Below are positions 54,162 through 64,000 of a stretch of DNA of 64,000 bases, piece after piece. The DNA comes from Utricularia gibba (lineage: Eukaryota > Plantae > Magnoliophyta): assembly GCA_002189035.1 (NCBI GenBank), contig NEEC01000044.1, positions 1 to 64,000 on the forward strand, written 5' to 3'. The translations under genes and the position numbers were made by a program. Positions within the stretch are counted from its first letter, which is position 1. Each line of letters starts with the position of its first letter. The notes below the pieces were generated by a model that searched no databases, was not told where the DNA came from, and worked only from the letters and a program-made list of their open reading frames with translations.

Positions 54162-56253
54162 CACACGCAAGCCTTCAGGTGAATCTACGTGACGATATTC
54201 ATTCCAAGCTCCGTCGGATAGTGCCACCCTCGATAGCCAGCATATCAATGCTATCTTGACAGGCTGCTGACGGGAATCGACAGTCCCCGAGCTCACTTTT
54301 TGCTACATGGATTTAAAGAAGTTGAGTAGCTTATGTTTGTATGCAGAACACGAGAAGTCCCCATCCGTCGCAGAAAAGGGGCGTGGATAGATGTGAGTGT
54401 TGCCACTCCCTTCTCTATGACCTTAAAATCGTGTATTTGTGTGCTTCTTGCGGTTTGTCTTCAGACCGGAATGTCCTTCTTCGAGGTTCACTTCATTGTG
54501 GTGCACTCGGGTTGTTCCGCTTGTATTTCCTCACGAGAGGAGATACGTTTGTGTCCTCCTTCACTTCATGGAAAGATGTGGGAGCACGCAGCAGATTATG
54601 GAGATTTGAAACAGAACACACATCACGAGGCAACCTAACGACGCAGCAACCAGCCCGACCTCGGTCTACCTGGAGCACCATCAATGAGCATGGCGTTGGA
54701 AGTGGCATACTCTACATGCAAAACGTAACCACCACCTCCTCTGACGTATGCTCGGTTCTCCTTGTAGGTGGAGTGGATGGTGGTCCCGATGACGCGCCTC
54801 CTACATGCACCTCGAACCACGCAGGTAATGCAAGCACACGCAACATCATGCGTCTTCACTCCACAGCAGGAGGCTCCATGCATGTTTCTAACAGCATCGA
54901 TCATTCGCTCCCCTTCATTTCGAGCTTCACGAGATGGCTGGAATACCATCGAAACCCTGCATATCTTTCCTGGAGCACCCGCCCAAGTGCGACAAAGCTC
55001 CTATTTTCTTAGGACATCCGCGTCATGGCCATTCTTCGTCTCAACTTGTTTTCCCAGAGTGGGCTCGAAGGCGACGATCCGTTAACATGCAGCAAAGGAA
55101 GCCAACACTCGCCAACAGAAGGTCACGCTTTGCGGAAACCATGCTCTCTAAAAGGCATTGCATAACAATCCGAACGAGCTCACCAGCAGGAACTCAGGGA
55201 ACGTGAGTTGGGACATGATGAAAGGGAAGTATGAGGCGAATTCGCATTCCAATGTTATCACTATTTGCGATCCCAAAATTGAATCCAAAAGTTCGTAGCA
55301 GAGAGGCTGCAAAAAACTACAGAAATCGGTTCTCGAAGGCCGTACCAGCATTCCAACATGAGGGGCACACGCAAAGGGATCCTTGGAGCAACAAACGGTG
55401 GTACGCATACGCGACCAGGGTTGCGCCCAAAGTCATCGATCCTGGATCGCGGCGTTGTGAACGTCGTTTTCACAATCGTGTAGCTGTGTAGAACCATTCA
55501 AGCTGTAGAATGCAAGGTGCGCCTACATGTCCGGTGGTTCGAAGGAGCGTTCATCCGCATGAGGTTTCTGCGAGTCCAAGGGTTGGAATGCAGTCAATTA
55601 GCCATGGGAGTAAGAAAAAAAGACGAACAAGTCGAGAAACCCTCCAAAAGGGCGCGGTGTCTAGAACACCTCCTTTGAGAATGGAGGGCGGATGGAACTT
55701 GCTCCACATGCCGCGAATGGAGATATGCATACGAAAAAACACCAACATCGGGTCACCGACGTCGTTGCCAAGGAACTCTCTACAAGCACCGTGTGACGAC
55801 CTCCTTTGCAGCTATTGGATCCCCCTGCGGAGTGTCTCCGTACCTCGAAAAAACGAGCTTTCTACGGTAGCTCGTTTTCAGGAGCGCATGGCTCTTGAAA
55901 CTCAGCACATGGATTCGCAATGATGGCAAGGGAGAGCACGTCCAATGGCGTAGTTACCGCGCCGCAATCGCATTCGAGGAGAAAAGAAGTTGTTTGGAAA
56001 AGAATTGGGCATCAAGGAAGACCGTTCAAATAGGCTCACGAAATTTGGAATTGGAGCAGCAGTACGTGTGACTTGTGTTGCTCCACCATTATGTGCGTCG
56101 ATGGGTGTAGCGTGTTTGCGCAGTTTCACAAGGATACAGGGTGGCGAACAGTAGTTTGCAATAAGCATGAAGCGGGGGGTACCGCTTGTGCACAAAAAGC
56201 TATAAAAGCTGTCCTTGTATAATTTCCCATGGGTATGAACCAGGTGCCGGGTT

Positions 56254-58344
56254 CACACGCAAGCCTTCAGGTGAATCTACGTGACGATATTCATTCCAAG
56301 CTCCGTCGGATAGTGCCACCCTCGATAGCCAGCATATCAATGCTATCTTGACAGGCTGCTGACGGGAATCGACAGTCCCCGAGCTCACTTTTTGCTACAT
56401 GGATTTAAAGAAGTTGAGTAGCTTATGTTTGTATGCAGAACACGAGAAGTCCCCATCCGTCGCAGAAAAGGGGCGTGGATAGATGTGAGTGTTGCCACTC
56501 CCTTCTCTATGACCTTAAAATCGTGTATTTGTGTGCTTCTTGCGGTTTGTCTTCAGACCGGAATGTCCTTCTTCGAGGTTCACTTCATTGTGGTGCACTC
56601 GGGTTGTTCCGCTTGTATTTCCTCACGAGAGGAGATACGTTTGTGTCCTCCTTCACTTCATGGAAAGATGTGGGAGCACGCAGCAGATTATGGAGATTTG
56701 AAACAGAACACACATCACGAGGCAACCTAACGACGCAGCAACCAGCCCGACCTCGGTCTACCTGGAGCACCATCAATGAGCATGGCGTTGGAAGTGGCAT
56801 ACTCTACATGCAAAACGTAACCACCACCTCCTCTGACGTATGCTCGGTTCTCCTTGTAGGTGGAGTGGATGGTGGTCCCGATGACGCGCCTCCTACATGC
56901 ACCTCGAACCACGCAGGTAATGCAAGCACACGCAACATCATGCGTCTTCACTCCACAGCAGGAGGCTCCATGCATGTTTCTAACAGCATCGATCATTCGC
57001 TCCCCTTCATTTCGAGCTTCACGAGATGGCTGGAATACCATCGAAACCCTGCATATCTTTCCTGGAGCACCCGCCCAAGTGCGACAAAGCTCCTATTTTC
57101 TTAGGACATCCGCGTCATGGCCATTCTTCGTCTCAACTTGTTTTCCCAGAGTGGGCTCGAAGGCGACGATCCGTTAACATGCAGCAAAGGAAGCCAACAC
57201 TCGCCAACAGAAGGTCACGCTTTGCGGAAACCATGCTCTCTAAAAGGCATTGCATAACAATCCGAACGAGCTCACCAGCAGGAACTCAGGGAACGTGAGT
57301 TGGGACATGATGAAAGGGAAGTATGAGGCGAATTCGCATTCCAATGTTATCACTATTTGCGATCCCAAAATTGAATCCAAAAGTTCGTAGCAGAGAGGCT
57401 GCAAAAAACTACAGAAATCGGTTCTCGAAGGCCGTACCAGCATTCCAACATGAGGGGCACACGCAAAGGGATCCTTGGAGCAACAAACGGTGGTACGCAT
57501 ACGCGACCAGGGTTGCGCCCAAAGTCATCGATCCTGGATCGCGGCGTTGTGAACGTCGTTTTCACAATCGTGTAGCTGTGTAGAACCATTCAAGCTGTAG
57601 AATGCAAGGTGCGCCTACATGTCCGGTGGTTCGAAGGAGCGTTCATCCGCATGAGGTTTCTGCGAGTCCAAGGGTTGGAATGCAGTCAATTAGCCATGGG
57701 AGTAAGAAAAAAAGACGAACAAGTCGAGAAACCCTCCAAAAGGGCGCGGTGTCTAGAACACCTCCTTTGAGAATGGAGGGCGGATGGAACTTGCTCCACA
57801 TGCCGCGAATGGAGATATGCATACGAAAAAACACCAACATCGGGTCACCGACGTCGTTGCCAAGGAACTCTCTACAAGCACCGTGTGACGACCTCCTTTG
57901 CAGCTATTGGATCCCCCTGCGGAGTGTCTCCGTACCTCGAAAAAACGAGCTTTCTACGGTAGCTCGTTTTCAGGAGCGCATGGCTCTTGAAACTCAGCAC
58001 ATGGATTCGCAATGATGGCAAGGGAGAGCACGTCCAATGGCGTAGTTACCGCGCCGCAATCGCATTCGAGGAGAAAAGAAGTTGTTTGGAAAAGAATTGG
58101 GCATCAAGGAAGACCGTTCAAATAGGCTCACGAAATTTGGAATTGGAGCAGCAGTACGTGTGACTTGTGTTGCTCCACCATTATGTGCGTCGATGGGTGT
58201 AGCGTGTTTGCGCAGTTTCACAAGGATACAGGGTGGCGAACAGTAGTTTGCAATAAGCATGAAGCGGGGGTACCGCTTGTGCACAAAAAGCTATAAAAGC
58301 TGTCCTTGTATAATTTCCCATGGGTATGAACCAGGTGCCGGGTT
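56254..58344. repeat. Variant copy 28 (2,091 bp): G6 to G5 at 58266-58270
   Basis: GAAGCGGGGGTACC; the next marker is at 58345. Confidence 0.95.
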
Positions 58345-61300
58345 CACACGCAAGCCTTCAGGTGAATCTACGTGACGATATTCATTCCAAGCTCCGTCGG
58401 ATAGTGCCACCCTCGATAGCCAGCATATCAATGCTATCTTGACAGGCTGCTGACGGGAATCGACAGTCCCCGAGCTCACTTTTTGCTACATGGATTTAAA
58501 GAAGTTGAGTAGCTTATGTTTGTATGCAGAACACGAGAAGTCCCCATCCGTCGCAGAAAAGGGGCGTGGATAGATGTGAGTGTTGCCACTCCCTTCTCTA
58601 TGACCTTAAAATCGTGTATTTGTGTGCTTCTTGCGGTTTGTCTTCAGACCGGAATGTCCTTCTTCGAGGTTCACTTCATTGTGGTGCACTCGGGTTGTTC
58701 CGCTTGTATTTCCTCACGAGAGGAGATACGTTTGTGTCCTCCTTCACTTCATGGAAAGATGTGGGAGCACGCAGCAGATTATGGAGATTTGAAACAGAAC
58801 ACACATCACGAGGCAACCTAACGACGCAGCAACCAGCCCGACCTCGGTCTACCTGGAGCACCATCAATGAGCATGGCGTTGGAAGTGGCATACTCTACAT
58901 GCAAAACGTAACCACCACCTCCTCTGACGTATGCTCGGTTCTCCTTGTAGGTGGAGTGGATGGTGGTCCCGATGACGCGCCTCCTACATGCACCTCGAAC
59001 CACGCAGGTAATGCAAGCACACGCAACATCATGCGTCTTCACTCCACAGCAGGAGGCTCCATGCATGTTTCTAACAGCATCGATCATTCGCTCCCCTTCA
59101 TTTCGAGCTTCACGAGATGGCTGGAATACCATCGAAACCCTGCATATCTTTCCTGGAGCACCCGCCCAAGTGCGACAAAGCTCCTATTTTCTTAGGACAT
59201 CCGCGTCATGGCCATTCTTCGTCTCAACTTGTTTTCCCAGAGTGGGCTCGAAGGCGACGATCCGTTAACATGCAGCAAAGGAAGCCAACACTCGCCAACA
59301 GAAGGTCACGCTTTGCGGAAACCATGCTCTCTAAAAGGCATTGCATAACAATCCGAACGAGCTCACCAGCAGGAACTCAGGGAACGTGAGTTGGGACATG
59401 ATGAAAGGGAAGTATGAGGCGAATTCGCATTCCAATGTTATCACTATTTGCGATCCCAAAATTGAATCCAAAAGTTCGTAGCAGAGAGGCTGCAAAAAAC
59501 TACAGAAATCGGTTCTCGAAGGCCGTACCAGCATTCCAACATGAGGGGCACACGCAAAGGGATCCTTGGAGCAACAAACGGTGGTACGCATACGCGACCA
59601 GGGTTGCGCCCAAAGTCATCGATCCTGGATCGCGGCGTTGTGAACGTCGTTTTCACAATCGTGTAGCTGTGTAGAACCATTCAAGCTGTAGAATGCAAGG
59701 TGCGCCTACATGTCCGGTGGTTCGAAGGAGCGTTCATCCGCATGAGGTTTCTGCGAGTCCAAGGGTTGGAATGCAGTCAATTAGCCATGGGAGTAAGAAA
59801 AAAAGACGAACAAGTCGAGAAACCCTCCAAAAGGGCGCGGTGTCTAGAACACCTCCTTTGAGAATGGAGGGCGGATGGAACTTGCTCCACATGCCGCGAA
59901 TGGAGATATGCATACGAAAAAACACCAACATCGGGTCACCGACGTCGTTGCCAAGGAACTCTCTACAAGCACCGTGTGACGACCTCCTTTGCAGCTATTG
60001 GATCCCCCTGCGGAGTGTCTCCGTACCTCGAAAAAACGAGCTTTCTACGGTAGCTCGTTTTCAGGAGCGCATGGCTCTTGAAACTCAGCACATGGATTCG
60101 CAATGATGGCAAGGGAGAGCACGTCCAATGGCGTAGTTACCGCGCCGCAATCGCATTCGAGGAGAAAAGAAGTTGTTTGGAAAAGAATTGGGCATCAAGG
60201 AAGACCGTTCAAATAGGCTCACGAAATTTGGAATTGGAGCAGCAGTACGTGTGACTTGTGTTGCTCCACCATTATGTGCGTCGATGGGTGTAGCGTGTTT
60301 GCGCAGTTTCACAAGGATACAGGGTGGCGAACAGTAGTTTGCAATAAGCATGAAGCGGGGGGTACCGCTTGTGCACAAAAAGCTATAAAAGCTGTCCTTG
60401 TATAATTTCCCATGGGTATGAACCAGGTGCCGGGTTCACACGCAAGCCTTCAGGTGAATCTACGTGACGATATTCATTCCAAGCTCCGTCGGATAGTGCC
60501 ACCCTCGATAGCCAGCATATCAATGCTATCTTGACAGGCTGCTGACGGGAATCGACAGTCCCCGAGCTCACTTTTTGCTACATGGATTTAAAGAAGTTGA
60601 GTAGCTTATGTTTGTATGCAGAACACGAGAAGTCCCCATCCGTCGCAGAAAAGGGGCGTGGATAGATGTGAGTGTTGCCACTCCCTTCTCTATGACCTTA
60701 AAATCGTGTATTTGTGTGCTTCTTGCGGTTTGTCTTCAGACCGGAATGTCCTTCTTCGAGGTTCACTTCATTGTGGTGCACTCGGGTTGTTCCGCTTGTA
60801 TTTCCTCACGAGAGGAGATACGTTTGTGTCCTCCTTCACTTCATGGAAAGATGTGGGAGCACGCAGCAGATTATGGAGATTTGAAACAGAACACACATCA
60901 CGAGGCAACCTAACGACGCAGCAACCAGCCCGACCTCGGTCTACCTGGAGCACCATCAATGAGCATGGCGTTGGAAGTGGCATACTCTACATGCAAAACG
61001 TAACCACCACCTCCTCTGACGTATGCTCGGTTCTCCTTGTAGGTGGAGTGGATGGTGGTCCCGATGACGCGCCTCCTACATGCACCTCGAACCACGCAGG
61101 TAATGCAAGCACACGCAACATCATGCGTCTTCACTCCACAGCAGGAGGCTCCATGCATGTTTCTAACAGCATCGATCATTCGCTCCCCTTCATTTCGAGC
61201 TTCACGAGATGGCTGGAATACCATCGAAACCCTGCATATCTTTCCTGGAGCACCCGCCCAAGTGCGACAAAGCTCCTATTTTCTTAGGACATCCGCGTCA

Positions 61301-64000
61301 TGGCCATTCTTCGTCTCAACTTGTTTTCCCAGAGTGGGCTCGAAGGCGACGATCCGTTAACATGCAGCAAAGGAAGCCAACACTCGCCAACAGAAGGTCA
61401 CGCTTTGCGGAAACCATGCTCTCTAAAAGGCATTGCATAACAATCCGAACGAGCTCACCAGCAGGAACTCAGGGAACGTGAGTTGGGACATGATGAAAGG
61501 GAAGTATGAGGCGAATTCGCATTCCAATGTTATCACTATTTGCGATCCCAAAATTGAATCCAAAAGTTCGTAGCAGAGAGGCTGCAAAAAACTACAGAAA
61601 TCGGTTCTCGAAGGCCGTACCAGCATTCCAACATGAGGGGCACACGCAAAGGGATCCTTGGAGCAACAAACGGTGGTACGCATACGCGACCAGGGTTGCG
61701 CCCAAAGTCATCGATCCTGGATCGCGGCGTTGTGAACGTCGTTTTCACAATCGTGTAGCTGTGTAGAACCATTCAAGCTGTAGAATGCAAGGTGCGCCTA
61801 CATGTCCGGTGGTTCGAAGGAGCGTTCATCCGCATGAGGTTTCTGCGAGTCCAAGGGTTGGAATGCAGTCAATTAGCCATGGGAGTAAGAAAAAAAGACG
61901 AACAAGTCGAGAAACCCTCCAAAAGGGCGCGGTGTCTAGAACACCTCCTTTGAGAATGGAGGGCGGATGGAACTTGCTCCACATGCCGCGAATGGAGATA
62001 TGCATACGAAAAAACACCAACATCGGGTCACCGACGTCGTTGCCAAGGAACTCTCTACAAGCACCGTGTGACGACCTCCTTTGCAGCTATTGGATCCCCC
62101 TGCGGAGTGTCTCCGTACCTCGAAAAAACGAGCTTTCTACGGTAGCTCGTTTTCAGGAGCGCATGGCTCTTGAAACTCAGCACATGGATTCGCAATGATG
62201 GCAAGGGAGAGCACGTCCAATGGCGTAGTTACCGCGCCGCAATCGCATTCGAGGAGAAAAGAAGTTGTTTGGAAAAGAATTGGGCATCAAGGAAGACCGT
62301 TCAAATAGGCTCACGAAATTTGGAATTGGAGCAGCAGTACGTGTGACTTGTGTTGCTCCACCATTATGTGCGTCGATGGGTGTAGCGTGTTTGCGCAGTT
62401 TCACAAGGATACAGGGTGGCGAACAGTAGTTTGCAATAAGCATGAAGCGGGGGGTACCGCTTGTGCACAAAAAGCTATAAAAGCTGTCCTTGTATAATTT
62501 CCCATGGGTATGAACCAGGTGCCGGGTTCACACGCAAGCCTTCAGGTGAATCTACGTGACGATATTCATTCCAAGCTCCGTCGGATAGTGCCACCCTCGA
62601 TAGCCAGCATATCAATGCTATCTTGACAGGCTGCTGACGGGAATCGACAGTCCCCGAGCTCACTTTTTGCTACATGGATTTAAAGAAGTTGAGTAGCTTA
62701 TGTTTGTATGCAGAACACGAGAAGTCCCCATCCGTCGCAGAAAAGGGGCGTGGATAGATGTGAGTGTTGCCACTCCCTTCTCTATGACCTTAAAATCGTG
62801 TATTTGTGTGCTTCTTGCGGTTTGTCTTCAGACCGGAATGTCCTTCTTCGAGGTTCACTTCATTGTGGTGCACTCGGGTTGTTCCGCTTGTATTTCCTCA
62901 CGAGAGGAGATACGTTTGTGTCCTCCTTCACTTCATGGAAAGATGTGGGAGCACGCAGCAGATTATGGAGATTTGAAACAGAACACACATCACGAGGCAA
63001 CCTAACGACGCAGCAACCAGCCCGACCTCGGTCTACCTGGAGCACCATCAATGAGCATGGCGTTGGAAGTGGCATACTCTACATGCAAAACGTAACCACC
63101 ACCTCCTCTGACGTATGCTCGGTTCTCCTTGTAGGTGGAGTGGATGGTGGTCCCGATGACGCGCCTCCTACATGCACCTCGAACCACGCAGGTAATGCAA
63201 GCACACGCAACATCATGCGTCTTCACTCCACAGCAGGAGGCTCCATGCATGTTTCTAACAGCATCGATCATTCGCTCCCCTTCATTTCGAGCTTCACGAG
63301 ATGGCTGGAATACCATCGAAACCCTGCATATCTTTCCTGGAGCACCCGCCCAAGTGCGACAAAGCTCCTATTTTCTTAGGACATCCGCGTCATGGCCATT
63401 CTTCGTCTCAACTTGTTTTCCCAGAGTGGGCTCGAAGGCGACGATCCGTTAACATGCAGCAAAGGAAGCCAACACTCGCCAACAGAAGGTCACGCTTTGC
63501 GGAAACCATGCTCTCTAAAAGGCATTGCATAACAATCCGAACGAGCTCACCAGCAGGAACTCAGGGAACGTGAGTTGGGACATGATGAAAGGGAAGTATG
63601 AGGCGAATTCGCATTCCAATGTTATCACTATTTGCGATCCCAAAATTGAATCCAAAAGTTCGTAGCAGAGAGGCTGCAAAAAACTACAGAAATCGGTTCT
63701 CGAAGGCCGTACCAGCATTCCAACATGAGGGGCACACGCAAAGGGATCCTTGGAGCAACAAACGGTGGTACGCATACGCGACCAGGGTTGCGCCCAAAGT
63801 CATCGATCCTGGATCGCGGCGTTGTGAACGTCGTTTTCACAATCGTGTAGCTGTGTAGAACCATTCAAGCTGTAGAATGCAAGGTGCGCCTACATGTCCG
63901 GTGGTTCGAAGGAGCGTTCATCCGCATGAGGTTTCTGCGAGTCCAAGGGTTGGAATGCAGTCAATTAGCCATGGGAGTAAGAAAAAAAGACGAACAAGTC

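Larger units (their letters stand above)
1..64000. repeat. Tandem array of a 2,092-bp unit, ~30.7 near-identical head-to-tail copies, extending beyond both window ends
   Basis: The marker CACACGCAAGCCTTCAGG recurs at 1, 2089, 4181, 6273 ... 62529 with a modal spacing of 2,092 bp. The ORF track repeats with identical translations at the same spacing (e.g. the 223-aa ORF at 2268, 4360, 6452 ...). All copies are in the same orientation and I saw no unique spacer between them. Confidence 0.99.

Noticed and set aside
146-63864. The several hundred ORFs in the track as a gene-rich region
   Set aside because: They are ~11 short (about 60-233 aa), mutually overlapping ORFs on both strands repeated per copy. 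Several begin at non-ATG codons and none has a motif I recognise. This is expected background for ~50% GC DNA.
1-64000. CRISPR array or repeat-spacer system
   Set aside because: The unit is 2,092 bp with no variable spacers, and there are no cas-like ORFs.

Overview
The whole 64-kb window is one head-to-tail tandem array of a 2,092-bp unit: 30 complete copies plus a 1,472-bp partial copy, open at both window edges. Using CACACGCAAGCC as an arbitrary phase marker, copies start at 1, 2089, 4181, 6273, 8365, 10457, 12549, 14641, 16733, 18825, 20917, 23009, 25101, 27189, 29137, 31229, 33321, 35413, 37505, 39596, 41688, 43780, 45872, 47964, 50056, 52101, 54162, 56254, 58345, 60437 and 62529. The large ORF track is the same ~11 short overlapping ORFs repeated in every copy. 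I recognise none of them as a known protein family, and I found no rRNA, tRNA, CRISPR array, transposase or Rep. Twenty-three of the 30 complete copies have the consensus length and identical ORF translations. The other seven (copies 1, 13, 14, 19, 25, 26, 28) differ only by deletions of 1-108 bp, which cluster in space and recur at the same homopolymer sites; this looks more like long-read consensus error than evolution. Within the unit are a perfect 10-bp hairpin, several weaker hairpins, an AT-rich TATA-like patch and a weak collinear self-complementarity between two ~310-bp arms. The sequence alone cannot distinguish a chromosomal macrosatellite, a rolling-circle concatemer of an unknown ~2.1-kb circle, and an assembly over-expansion. 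The source organism is also undetermined. I cannot claim a new biological system here; the concatemer and structured-circle ideas are testable hypotheses only.
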